Shown here piece by piece: positions 22,398-36,511 of a DNA stretch of 64,000 nucleotides. Position 1 is the stretch's first letter. The number at the start of each line of letters is the position of its first letter. A program made the position numbers and the translations under genes. The notes beneath the pieces are model-generated. The model did not search any database. It was not told the origin of the DNA and was given only the letters and a program-made list of their open reading frames with translations. This DNA is from Blastocladiella emersonii ATCC 22665 (Eukaryota > Fungi > Blastocladiomycota), in contig JANHCV010000007.1 of the NCBI GenBank assembly GCA_025594325.1, positions 1,178,001-1,242,000 of the forward strand, read 5' to 3'.

Positions 22398-25381
22398 CTA
22401 CTGCTTCCCGCCGCCGACGTCGTGCATCGAGTGCCACTGGCCCGTCTGCGACCGCGCGCCGCCCGCACCACCGTTCCCGTAGTGCGTCGAGAGCGTGTAG
22501 CTCATGCCGCCGGCCTGGAACGTGGACGTGCCGTTCGCCGCCGTCGTAGCACCACCGTTGCGTCCGTTGCCGCTCGACCGCGTGGCCGACGACTTGGAGT
22601 GGACGAGGCAGTGCACCGAGAGGGCGCGGACCCATTTCGCCTTGTCCTCGTCCTTGGAGAACTGGACGAGGTACGACACGTTGTCGGCGCGCAGCTCGAT
22701 GCACAGCGGGTAGTTGGACGGCGTCGGGTCGAACTGGACCGCGCGCAGCTTGAACAGCTTGCCCTGCTCCGTGTTGTTGGTGAGCCGCGTCAGCCCGAGG
22801 AACCCCTCGAGGGCGAACAGCGTGATGCGCTGCGTGTGCCACGTCTCGAACAGGCGGTTGGCGATCTTGACGGGGCACTTCTGCGACATGGTGCTGGCCT
22901 TGCCGGGGACGTGCTCGGCCGACGAGGTGCCGTCATTCGACGACCCGCCCTCCATGGACATCTTGATGCCCACGTTGCTCTTGGACGCGAGCACCAGTGC
23001 CATGGCAATGCGCCCGACCAGGCACGCGAACGAGAAGCACACGGCGTAAGTCACCGTGAACAGCTTGATGTACGTCGACGCCAGCGCAAAGTTCTGCTTG
23101 GACAGGTACAGGAACGGCGTCACCACGACACCGCACAGGAACACGTTCTACGCGAGCACGGTCGTGGTCAGCATCATTTCGACGAGGAGAGTGAAAGAAA
23201 AGCCGTACCTGGACCGCGTACGCGATGAACACCGACTCGCGGAACGCCGAGTACACCTTGCGCGTCTTGTACGCGAGGACCGCGAGGACGATGAGCAGGA
23301 CCGCGTTGTACGCGATCGAGATGGTCTTGAACGCCGTCTCGACCGTGGTGTTGGCCGACCGGCACTCGTACGAGTTGGACGTGAGCGACGACACGAGCAT
23401 CGGCTGCAGCGGCGACAGCAGCGTCCACACGACCAGGATCGCCGACTGTACCACCACGATCAGCAGGCACGACATGAACAGACGCGTGTTGCTCAGCTGG
23501 ACCAGCTTCGTCAGTGCCTTGTTGCTACACGGGCGCGCGGATGCGTGTGAGGGCCGGGTCGCGGAGGCGGAGCGAGCGGGACGGAAACGTACTCGAAGAT
23601 CTTCCAGATGCGGTACGCCTTGGCCGCGACGGCGCTGAGCACGAGCTCCATGCCAACGAGCAGGATCCACGACTGGAGGTTGCACGTCATGGCGGTCGGC
23701 ACGTCGAGCCACAGCGCCTCGGCGCCGAGCACCATGAGCAGGCCAGCCGAGATGAGCGAGAGGAACGGGAGCGACATGTTCTTGACGGCCGACGACTGGC
23801 GCTTGGTGAACAGGTACGCCATCGTGGCGACGATCACGGCCGCGATGGAGCCGAGGAGCAGGAGGATCGCGATCCCGCCCGCCGACTTGTACGTGATGTA
23901 CCCCTGCAGCATGGTCGGCACGTCCTTGGGCACGTCCGAGGTGCCCGCGAAGAAGGTCGGCGGGTCGCGCTTGATGAGCCCGGACCCGTTGACGGGCAGG
24001 AGGTACGCCGTCTTGGTCTCCATGCCGTACACGTTCATGATGGCGTAGTCGCTGACGCGGTCGCCGTTGGCGTCGAACCCGACGGCGCCCGTGACGCCGT
24101 TGTACGGGACCAGGAACTGCGCGAGGCTGAAGGTCGCCGGGTAGTTGCGCGCGAGGACCGCCGACTCGCCGACGGCCGCCACGGCCTTGATGATTCCGCG
24201 CGCCAGGGACATGAAGCAGTCGCGGTAGTAGAGCGAGTAGGGCAGCACCTGGCGCTGCGGGAACTGGGACCGGTACGCGTTGAGGAACGGCTCCGACCCG
24301 GGCGTGCGCTCGGCGGGGAACGCGAACAGGAGACCGTTCACGACCTCGCGGTCTTTGGCCGAGTACTGCGGCTTCTTGAGCTCGTCGACGACACCGTTCG
24401 TGCCCTCGCTCGCGAGCCACACCCAGTCGTTGCCGATCAAGCCCTTTTCGCGGGCGAGGCGCGCGATCGGGATGAAGTCTGGGAACGTGCCGAGGTACAG
24501 CACGATGCGGGTCCCCGCCGTCACGATGGCGTCGAGCGATAGCGCGTACCCCTCGTGGTCGTCGCCCGGCGTGAAGCTCTGCGCCGTGTTGACGCGGATC
24601 TCGAGCTCGTTGGCCTTGTTCATGAAGTTGGTCATGATGCCGGTGCCGTACGCGCTACATCGAACTGCGCGTCAGTCATCATCCTTCGCGGAGCGCTGCA
24701 GCAGTGGGGGCAACGTACTCGGAGGCGAACAGGACCGCGACCGAGTTCCACCCCATGGCCTTGACGAAGCGCGCGAGGAACACGCTCTGGGCGACGTCGG
24801 GCGGGATCGTGCGGAAGAAGTACGGGTGGTTGGTCTTATTGCTGAGCTCGGGCGACGTGGCGGCGCCAACGCACTGCCACAGGTTGAACTGCTGCGCGCT
24901 AAGGCTCATGGGGATCGACACCGAACTCGAGTAGTCGCCGATGAGGCCGACGGCGCCCGACTGCGCGGCCGAGAAGACGGACTTGACGCCCTTGGACAGG
25001 ATGTTCTCGGAGTCGTAGCTAGCGAGCGAGGCGGGGGCGGGTGGGTGAGTAGGCGGTGGTGGCGCAGCAGGATGGGCAGAGACAACGTACTGGATGAGCT
25101 GGAACGTGTGATTCGTGCCGGCGCTCGCGGCCCACTGGTTGATGTCGTTGACGGACGCATCGAGCACGTCCTTGGCGCTCTGCGCGACCGTGCCCATGGC
25201 TACAACATCAAGGGGGTCAGTTACCGGCGCCGCGGCTGGCGGCGATGGGCAGGGACCACGTACGGGCGTTGGCGATGGGCAGGGTCACGGCAATCTTGAA
25301 CTGCGCGGCATGCGCTTGCCGCGCAACGACGAGCAGCACGGCCGCCAGTGCCAGGAGGGCGACGGAGGCGCGCGGAGCCAT
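22398..25381 (-). CDS. Class C (GABA-B/glutamate-like) GPCR: signal peptide, Venus-flytrap domain, 7TM, C-terminal PH-like domain
   Basis: complement(join(22398..23147,23209..23524,23593..24654,24719..25018,25091..25199,25264..25381)); five GTACG..TAG introns. VFT motifs GLIGDYSSSVS, ATSPELSNKTNHPYFFRTIP, MGWNSVAVLFASDAYG; 7TM motifs CNLQSW, KAYRIWKIF, FRESVFI; no Cys-rich linker. Confidence 0.9.
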
Positions 25382-26258
25382 GGTCGAGATGGGTTTGTGG
25401 GGAAGGGTATGGTACAGGGAGGGAGGGGAGAGAAGCTCGGCCGGCCGCGAAGGGAGAAACAGCGGGGCCGTGTCTAAGTCTAGGGGAATCAGGCGACCGC
25501 TGCTCTCCGAGTTTGGGAGCACGAGCGAGGATGGGAGGGTGACGAGCCGCTTAGGGAGAGCGACAGCGTCTGCGTTGATGCTTGATGAGGGAAGAGATAC
25601 GGGGAGCGGGGAGAAGGGACGTTTCGAGGCCTCCGAGTCCTGCCCTGCCTCACCGAGTGGTCGGTCCCCCGTTGCTGCATACCGCTAGCGGTGCAAACAA
25701 CGAACGGAACGATGCTGCCCGCGCCCCTGAAAGCGCGCCCAATCGCCTCGCGGCGCGTGATTGAAATTTTGGCGCGTGATGCGCCATGATGCGGCGCCGC
25801 CTGCTGCGCCACAGCGTAAGCGCGTCCGCGCGTAAGCGGTTTGGTGACTGGACGCCACGGCGCCGCCGCCCGCTTGCGCTCCACTGAACCGCGCGTCGCC
25901 ACCTGGCGCGTAAACCGCTAACGGCGAGTAATGGTGCTTGCTTGCGCGCCGCGGATTCAGTGCGTTGCTGCTGCGCTGCTGCTGCGCTACGCCCGCGACT
26001 GCGCGTTGCTTCGGGTGCGCGGAGGGAGAGAGAGAGCGAGGTCGAAGAGTGATCCCATCGTAAGCACATCGGTTGCGGCCAGCGTCGCGTCGCGCCCGCG
26101 TGGGCCATGCACGGATTCGGGCGCGAGGGAGGTCCGTGGCTGTTGGCCAGCCGGCGCGACGGTGACAAGGGTGATGAATGAACGCACATCTCGAGAGTAT
26201 ATTTACGATCCCTTGTCCGACAACGCGACGGGACCGTGCGCCGCAACGACGGCCAAAC

Positions 26259-27873
26259 TCAGCCCTTGTGCTCGACGGGCACCGTGACAGTCGCGCCGGT
26301 CGCAAAGTCGACCGTGGTCTTGAACTGCTCGGCGATCGGGAGCTCGCGATAGTCGCCGTCGGCGTTGTGGGGCGCGAGGAGGATGTTGATCTCGGACGAC
26401 TTGGCCGTGAGCACCTCGACGCCGCACGCCTCCTTGGCGAGGTACAGCGTGACGCCGTCCGAGTTGTCGATGGCGATGGTCGGGACGGCGCCCGACACCT
26501 GGAGCTGGACGCCCTTGCCGTTGACCACGTCGACGGTCGACACGGCCGACTCGATGACGACGGCCGTCTTCTTGCACCCGTCGATGGTCACCGAGTTGAC
26601 CTTGCCCTTGACCTGCACGGCGCAGTCGGCGCACCCGTACATGTACACGACCGTCTTGATGGACGTGTCGTCGATCACAATGTCGCGCTTGCCGACATAG
26701 TTCTCGATCACCCACTTGTTGCCCTGCAGCGACATGGACGCGGGCTTCTTGGCGGCCGCGGGGGCGGCGGCGGTGGCGGGAGTGGCGGCGGCGGCCTTGG
26801 CACCCGTCGAGGCGGGCACGACGCTGCTGGCGCGCAGGGCCGGGTTCTTGTGCGTCATCTCCGACTTGTCGACCTTGCGCAGGCCCGCCGTGACCGAGGA
26901 CCCGACGTTGAGCTGCGCGAACAGCGCGTTGCGCGTGTCGTCACCACCGCCCGAGGACGCCGCGGACGTGTCCTCGGGGACCGGCGGGGGCGGCGGCGGG
27001 GGCGGCGGGGGCGGGCCGCCGGCCGACGGCTTGGGCGCCGCGGGCGCAGCCGGAGCAGCGGGAGCCGCCCCGCCCTTGAGCTTGGGGAGAGCAGCCGCGA
27101 GATCGACGGCCGACGCCTGGTTGCTCCAGACGAGCCCGGTCGTGTGGTACTGCTTGACGTACGCGAGGAGGTCGTTGAGGAGCGCGGTCCAGGCGGCGAC
27201 CCAGGCGAGGTCGGGGGCGTCGGAGCCCTTGAAGTCGCGGAAGACGCGGTTGGCGTAGAACTGGGCTGCGTCCTTCATGTCCGAGATGTAGGGCGCGGGC
27301 TTGGGGTCGACGACGACCCAGCCGAGCGCGGGCACGCCGTCGGCGACGGCCGTCAGGTGGTTGAACTGCTTGGACGTGCGGTTCTTCTCCTTGATGGCGA
27401 TCACGGCCTCGATGGCCTCGCGGATCGTCGCGATCGCCGTCTGCGAGTCCTTGCCCATGGGCCAGTCGCCCGGCTTCTTGGTCCCCGACGCCACCTGGAT
27501 CAGGCGGCCCGTGTGCACCAGCGCCTTCTTGACGAGCTCGGCCTGGTGGTTGATGCGGGTGAGTTTGCGTGTGCGGGACGTGTGTAGCAGCGTGAGGGCG
27601 TACCTGCTCCTTGACGAGCCCGCCGACGGTCCACGACAGCTCGACGTACTGGGCGAGGGCGCCGTCGGTGATGGCCGACTCGAACGCGGCCGCCGCACGC
27701 GACAGCTCCTCGGCGGGCGCCGCAGCGGGTGCCGCAGGGGCAGCAGCACCGGCCGCAGCAGCGGGCGCGGGCGGCGCGCGGGTGGCGGCGGAGCGCGCAA
27801 AGTCCTCGATCTTGGCCGTGGCGGCCTCGAGGCGGCGCACGAGCTCCGAGAGCTCTGGGGGGACGGTTGACAT
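26259..27873 (-). CDS. SRV2: Adenylyl cyclase-associated protein (CAP/Srv2)
   Basis: complement(join(26259..27542,27604..27873)); N-terminal RRLEAATAKIED, poly-Pro, WH2-like LRKVDKSEMTHKNP, C-terminal CARP domain ending EQFKT..VEHKG. Confidence 0.95.
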
Positions 27874-28198
27874 GGCGGGTGTAGGTGTGCAGCTAGAGTG
27901 CGTGGCGCTGGACGGGGGAGAGCAGATTCGAAGCGGATGAGCGACGCGTTGCAACCTTGGCGGCGATCGCGGAACCGCCCGTCAGCTGCCGCACGTGCGG
28001 AGCACCCCGTTTCGGAACGCGTCTCGCGCCGCGCGCTTTTGTCTCCCCCACGACGCGTCTCCCCGTGCGAGTGAGAATGGAAAGAACAGTTTCTAATATA
28101 ACACCAGCCAATCCGCCGCGAGGGGCGATCGCCAAACACAACAAGGACAGGTATAGATGCCGCACACCGACGACCGCGGCCGAGAATAACACCGACTA

Positions 28199-30613
<2,415 letters not shown>

Positions 30614-31837
30614 GATGGCGGTGGTAGTAGTGGTAGAGCGAGTCCGGCAGTGGTAGGTGTCGAGTCGTCGAGATGGAGCGGGTTATGCGAGTATGCAGGG
30701 AGGGGAGAAAGACTGGACGAGTCGAGCGAGCGCACGGAAGGTTAGTCGCTGTAGAGTCGAGACGGTCAGTCGGTAGCGGCGAGGAGAGCACGGGTGTGGG
30801 GTGGGAGAGGGAGTGGTGGGCCATGATCGCGAAATATTCGCTGGGGTCGGTGGCTGGCCGCGGGATGATACACGTGGGAGACATTGCGGCTATTACCTCT
30901 TCGAGGCCGTGGATTCAAGCGATGTCGGAGGGAGGGAGAGGATGGAGAGAGCCGAGGAATGGGCAGGTATGGTGCTTCGATTGAGGAGGGCGAGTGGGGA
31001 AAGGGAGGGCGAGGGGCGGCGGAGGGGGACCTCGATCGTGAGCGATGGCCGGCCGGGCCGGCCCGTCGGTGCATGCAGGGCAGACTTACCGTGTGTAGCC
31101 GTGCTCGAGCAAGCGAATATGCGTCGGAGCTCGAGGCCAGGTCACGTCGCGCGGTTATGAGCGAGCGGGGTGTGGGTGGCTGATCGCGTATGCGCGTGGT
31201 CGAGGCAAGCCAGTCGGTCGGTCGGTCGTTTGAGGATTTCGGCGAGCGCGAGGTGCGGCCGTCTATCTAATGCAGCGAGTCAGGAGAAGCGGGCGAGCGT
31301 GTCGAGGAGACGAGCGAGCGGTGGTGGGGGGTCTGCCGCGGCGGCGGAGGGCAGTCGGTCGCGAGACGCGTCGCGCGTGCCGAACTTGTGGACCGGGTGC
31401 GAGACACTCGCGAACGAAAAATATATGGCACGGCACTCCCTCGTGCAGCCGGGTTGGGCAAGGAAATCGCCGCGCAAAGTGTCACCCACCGCAACATACA
31501 ATGTGACTCGGCGCGGCGCGGTATCCGCCGGACGTGCAGCGCGGCGGCGCGCGCGAGGCGAGGCCTCCCTCGTTCCTTCGCTGACCCTCTGATTCGCGTC
31601 TCGCACCATGGCGGCGGCGGGCCTGTGCCACATCGCCGGCGGCGGCGCAACACGGAGCGGCGAGACGAAAGCGAAACGCGACGCGTCGCGGCCGCGCGGG
31701 AGACGCGCGTGGAAATCGCGTGACGGTCCCGCGTCTCTCAGGTCAAGCCACGCCGCCGTGTTCGCTCGTCCGTTCGCTCGTTCGCTTCTGGCCGCCGATC
31801 CCTCGACCTGGTCGACCATGAACCGCCGCATGTAACC

Positions 31838-32789
31838 ATGTCCTCGTTTGCCGAACTTGCTGCAAAGAACCTTGCTACCAAGAGCTTCATCACCGCCGAG
31901 GAGGCCGAGGAGGCCCGCCGCCAGCGCGACGAGGCGTACCGCCGCATGGGCAAGGGTCTGTTGCTGGGCGCTTCCTCTTCACGAGACGTGCAGGACGAGA
32001 CGCTCACGTCGAATTGTGGAACGTAGAGCCGCCGCCGGAGGTCGGTAGCGATGCCCGTCCGCTTGCCGAGCGGTACGCCGAACCTCCCTCGCCGCGCGAC
32101 ACCCTACCCTCGCACTCACATCCGCTCCCACTAGACTCGCCGAGCAGCGACGGATCAAGGAGGAAGACGAGGAAGCCAAGATGGCGCTGGCGAACCACGT
32201 CCCGATGCTCGACGAGGAGGACGCCGAGTACCTCAACGACGTGGCGCTGGCGCAGCGCGAGGCCGAGCTCGAGCAGCAGGAGCGCGAGCGCCGCGAGATC
32301 GAGCGGTTCCGCCTCGAGCGCGAGCGCGCCGAGGAGGCCGCGCGCAAGGCCGCCGGCGCCGACCCGATCCCGATCGCTGAGCTCGCCGCGTCGACCCGGC
32401 CCTCGCTCGTCCGTGAGCTGCTTCTCGACGCCAACCAGATCGACGACGACGCGGCTTCTTCATACCGGAGTGCCGCGGCGAAACGTGTGCCCGCTGTCGT
32501 CAAGACCTCGTTTTCGGCGCGGTCTGCCACGGCCCGCGTCGCCGGCGACGTGCAGCGGTCGATCCTCTCGGCCGGCATAGTCACACGCAAGCGCCAGAAC
32601 TCGGAGCCCGAGCAGCAGTCGGGCGCCGACGCGAAGCGCACGCGGACTCGGTCGCCTGCGCGGTCATCGCCGACCAAGACGACAGCGGCTCCGCCAAGGC
32701 CTGCCGCTGCGCCCGCGCCAGTCCCTGCGCCAGCAGCAAAGAAGATGCTCGTCGCGTACGATAGCGACGAGAGCGACGAGGATGACTAG
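31838..32789 (+). CDS. FYV6: FAM192A/PSME3IP1 (NIP30)/Fyv6-like nuclear protein
   Basis: join(31838..31955,32027..32072,32135..32789); spliced N-terminus FITAEEAEEARRQR..DARPLAERLAEQRRIKEE..LDEEDAEYL fits the family; C-terminal LVAYDSDESDEDD. Confidence 0.75.
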
Positions 32790-32892
32790 CTCTCACGTTC
32801 ATTCAATGACCAGTTTTGATCCATCCCACAACGACTCTGATTGATTGAAGTGCTCTGATTCCTCGCTCGGACATCATTCGCAACAAAACCCG

Positions 32893-35448
32893 CTACCGCT
32901 GCCGCCCGTGCTCGCCGGACGCGCTCCCGCCACTGCCCGGCCGCCCGCCGCCGCCTCCGCGCGACGGGAGCGGCGGAAGCGACGGTCCGCCCGGCCCACC
33001 ACCACCGCCGCCGCCGAGGTTGCGCCGACGCAGCGGCGGGGGCGGGAGCCGGTCGCGGTCGCGTTCCCGCTCACGTTCCCTGTCCCGCTCGCGCTCGCGG
33101 TCCCAGTCACGCTCGGGCTCGCGCATGAACGGGCGGTCGCGGTCGCGGTCCCGCTCGCGGTCACGGTCCCGCCCCGGTCCACCACCGCGCGGCCCGCGGT
33201 CCCAATGCGGCGGCCCGCCGGGCGCGTTCGGGCCTGGACTCGAGTTGCTGCTCCCACCACCGCCACCGCCGCTCTCGGACGGCTGCCAGAACCGTTCGCG
33301 GGCGTCGCGCGCGAGCGGGAGTGGGGGGAGTGGGAGCGGCGGGAGGTGTGGGTGGCCGCGGTCGGGCGGGTCGTCGAACCGGCCGCGGTGGTCGCCGCCG
33401 GGAGTCCACCGGTCGCCGCCGCCCTCGCGGTCGCGGTCGCGGTCACGGTCGCGCAGATCACGCTCGCGTTCCCGGTCACGGTCGCGGTCACGGTCAGGTA
33501 CCCACGACCGGTCGCGGTCCCGCTCGCGCATAGGAGGCGGGCCGCGGTCGCGGAACTGCGGCGGCGGCGGCTCGTCGCGCATTCGCGGTCCACGCGGCAT
33601 CGACGGCGGACCACCGTAACCGCCATCGTCGGCCGAGTCGAGCCCGGACCCGTCGCCGGTGCGCGGCCGCACGCTGCCGCTGTTGCTGCCCGAGTAGTCG
33701 GACCCGAGCGCGGGCTTGGTGGGCGAGGTCGGGAGCGAGTGCGGGCCGTGCGGCGGCGGGCTGCGCCACGCGTCGCGGTCCCACCGGTCGCCGCCGCGGG
33801 CGTCGTCGCGCTCGCGGTCCCGGTCACTCCGCTCGCCGCGGTCGCGCATAGACCCGCCGCGCTGCGGCAGCGGACGCTCCCAGCGCGGCGGCGGGCGCGG
33901 CGGGCCGCCACGGGTCAGGCCGAGGTCGCGTTCCCGCTCGCGCTCGCGTTCCCGGTCAAGCTCGATCTCGCGGTCCCGCTCGCGCAGGTCGCGTTCGCGC
34001 GCTTGTTCCCGGTCACGCATCTCGCGTTCCCGCATCTCGCGCAGGTCGCGGTCCCGGTCCCGCTCGCGCTCGCGGTCACGATCACGCGTCGGGAGCGGCG
34101 GAAGCGTGGGCGCGGCGGGTTCGGGCGAGGGGACGTACGAGTCGAGCTGCGAAAGCGGGTGCGGGCGGCCGCTACCGGGTGTACCGAGGTCGCGCGGGGG
34201 TAGACGGGCGGGCCGCTCGCGCGGGAGGGGCGGGAGGCGGGGCCGGTCGCGGTCACGGTCACGGTCGCGCTGCTCGCGCACCTCGCGGTCGCGGACGCGG
34301 GACCTGGACCGCTCGCGGTCGTCGGGTTGCGGTTGCTGCTGTGCGGGGGCCGGAGTCGGTAGCGCCGGCGGGCGTTCCGGTTGAGACGAGGGCAACGGCG
34401 GGAGCGGTGGTGGTGGTGGTGGTGGTGGCGGAGGCGGAGGCTGGGCCGCGCGCTGGAGGGTATCGGGCGAGCTGGTCGCGGTGCGCTCGGACGACAGCCA
34501 GCGCGGCGACGAGGCGACCGTCTCGATGACGGGCATCGGCTGTTGCTTTTGCGGCGGTTGCCGCGCGGGTTCGGGTACTGGCGCGGGCTCAGGTGGAGCG
34601 GGTTTCTCCTTGGAGGCGGGTTTCTCCTTGACGGTGACGGCAGCCGGTGGTGGTGGAGGGATCTCGGCCGGCGCGGGGGCAGCGGGGGACGCGACCGCCG
34701 ACGTCGACGAGGACTGCGCCTGCCCGACCATGTGCATGACGAGACGCATCTCGAGGTTGCGCAGGCGGTCGAGGGCGTCCTCGAGCTCGGTCAGCCGCTG
34801 CACGCGCTGCGTGTTCGGGCTCGCGGGAGCGGCGGGCGCGGCGGACGCCGGAGCTGGTGGGGCAGCGGGCTCCAGTGCAGGGGCGGGGGCCGTCTCGTCG
34901 GGTTTCGAGGCAGCGTCGGCGACAACCGCGGGAAGCGGTGGAGCCTTGGGCTCGGTCGCAGACAGTACGGGCGGGGACTCGACGGCAGCCGCCGGCCCCG
35001 ACTCAGCCGTGGGCGCCGACGCCGCGACAAGCGCAAGATCGCGCCGCCTGCGCTCGCGCTCCTCGTCCTCGACCGCTTGCCACCTCTCCTCGGCGGCGCG
35101 CCGGCGCTCGAGCTTCCGCGCGAGCTTGGCGTCGTACTCGCGGGCGACGAGTGAGTCGAGCATCTTGCCGAGGAAGTGGACGCGGAGCTTGGTCGCGAGT
35201 TCCGACGACATGGGCTCCTCTTCCCACGCGGCGGCCGCGGGCGGTTTCGAGGGGGACGACCGGTTGCGGCCGCCGCCGCCGCCGCCCGAGCCGGACTTGG
35301 TGCCGCCGCCCGACGAGCCGCCGCTGCCGCCCCCGCCGCCGGCGCGGGTTGAGCCGCGTCGGTCGAGCGTCGTTGTCGTTGACGCGCCGCCGCCGCCGCC
35401 GGTCCCGCCGCTGGCGGATTTCGGGGCGCGGCCGGTCGAGGAGCTCAT
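32893..35448 (-). CDS. Low-complexity protein with RD/RE mixed-charge tracts and repeated LPPLP motifs, function unknown
   Basis: Long open frame; likely start MSSSTGRAPK at 35448; short helical N-terminal segment, then Pro-rich and (RD/RE)n regions. Confidence 0.7.
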   Translation of the reverse strand: MSSSTGRAPKSASGGTGGGGGASTTTTLDRRGSTRAGGGGGSGGSSGGGTKSGSGGGGGGRNRSSPSKPPAAAAWEEEPMSSELATKLRVHFLGKMLDSLVAREYDAKLARKLERRRAAEERWQAVEDEERERRRRDLALVAASAPTAESGPAAAVESPPVLSATEPKAPPLPAVVADAASKPDETAPAPALEPAAPPAPASAAPAAPASPNTQRVQRLTELEDALDRLRNLEMRLVMHMVGQAQSSSTSAVASPAAPAPAEIPPPPPAAVTVKEKPASKEKPAPPEPAPVPEPARQPPQKQQPMPVIETVASSPRWLSSERTATSSPDTLQRAAQPPPPPPPPPPPPLPPLPSSQPERPPALPTPAPAQQQPQPDDRERSRSRVRDREVREQRDRDRDRDRPRLPPLPRERPARLPPRDLGTPGSGRPHPLSQLDSYVPSPEPAAPTLPPLPTRDRDRERERDRDRDLREMREREMRDREQARERDLRERDREIELDRERERERERDLGLTRGGPPRPPPRWERPLPQRGGSMRDRGERSDRDRERDDARGGDRWDRDAWRSPPPHGPHSLPTSPTKPALGSDYSGSNSGSVRPRTGDGSGLDSADDGGYGGPPSMPRGPRMRDEPPPPQFRDRGPPPMRERDRDRSWVPDRDRDRDRERERDLRDRDRDRDREGGGDRWTPGGDHRGRFDDPPDRGHPHLPPLPLPPLPLARDARERFWQPSESGGGGGGSSNSSPGPNAPGGPPHWDRGPRGGGPGRDRDRERDRDRDRPFMREPERDWDRERERDRERERERDRDRLPPPPLRRRNLGGGGGGGPGGPSLPPLPSRGGGGGRPGSGGSASGEHGRQR

Positions 35449-35865
35449 GGCGGGGAGGGGTGTAGTGGTGCGTGAAGTGGTGGTTGCACGGAGTTGGGTC
35501 GTCAGATCGGGGGCGGATACATGGAGGGCGTCGGGGTCAAGGTACGAAGGAGGTGAGAGTGTCGCGACGTGGAGGTGGTTCTGGCGCGAGTATTGAGCGA
35601 CATGACGCATCGAATACTCTCTAAAATAGGCCAGGGACGAGCTGAGACCTCGAAAATGATATTTTGCGTCGCTTATACAGCGGTGGTATGTTTTACGCGT
35701 CATAGGAGCTATAATTCACGACGGAGAGCCCATGGCCTGGCCCATGGCGGCGAGCCCGATGACCTCACATGAGCGCGACGCGGACGTGGCGCAGACCACT
35801 CCACTCCTCCCTGACATCGACCAGCGCGATCACGACGCTGATCACCCTCATCGCACATATCACAA

Positions 35866-36468
35866 ATGGCACCGAACCGTCCGCGCCGGAAGCAGCCGCA
35901 GAAGAAGCGCAAGCCCGCCACCACCGCCACCACCGAACCCGAATCCATGCCGACCGCCGTCCCGCCCACCACTGCCGCCGACCTGATCGCGCCCGAGACG
36001 ATCGTCGAGCGCGAGTTCGACGAGGACTTTGAGATCGACACGGCCGCCAAGGCGTGGATCGCGGGCATAGTGGACCAGGAGAAGGCGCGGCTCGCGTCGC
36101 TGGGCGCGACCGTGACGCCGCTCGCGGTCGCCAATTTCGGTCTGCTGGTCGATTCGGACGCGAACGCCGAGGCGACGAACCGCGTGGAGCTCGTGTCCGA
36201 CTACGACTTTGCGGGGATCTCGCAGTTGCTCGTCTCGGAGCCCATGGCGTACCCGGCGCGGCCCAACTTCAAGTTCGTGCACGTCATCTTGTTCCCGTCG
36301 GCCGACGCGACGCCCATGCTCGTGCCGTACCTGTACGACTCCGAGTTCCGGGTCGACGGCGCTGACGCGGCGGCGCCGCCGGTGAAGAACGCGCTGACCG
36401 AGTGGCTGCTCATCAACCGCGTCGGGCAGCGCGCGCACCACCGCGTCGCAGGGTTCGAGGACGTGTAA
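35866..36468 (+). CDS. Hypothetical protein (200 aa)
   Basis: Single-exon ORF with strong G/C-ending codon use and normal globular composition; family not recognised. Confidence 0.75.
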   Translation: MAPNRPRRKQPQKKRKPATTATTEPESMPTAVPPTTAADLIAPETIVEREFDEDFEIDTAAKAWIAGIVDQEKARLASLGATVTPLAVANFGLLVDSDANAEATNRVELVSDYDFAGISQLLVSEPMAYPARPNFKFVHVILFPSADATPMLVPYLYDSEFRVDGADAAAPPVKNALTEWLLINRVGQRAHHRVAGFEDV

Positions 36469-36511
36469 GAAAAACATGCCGTGTATATCATCAAGAGTAC
36501 TTCTTATAGCT

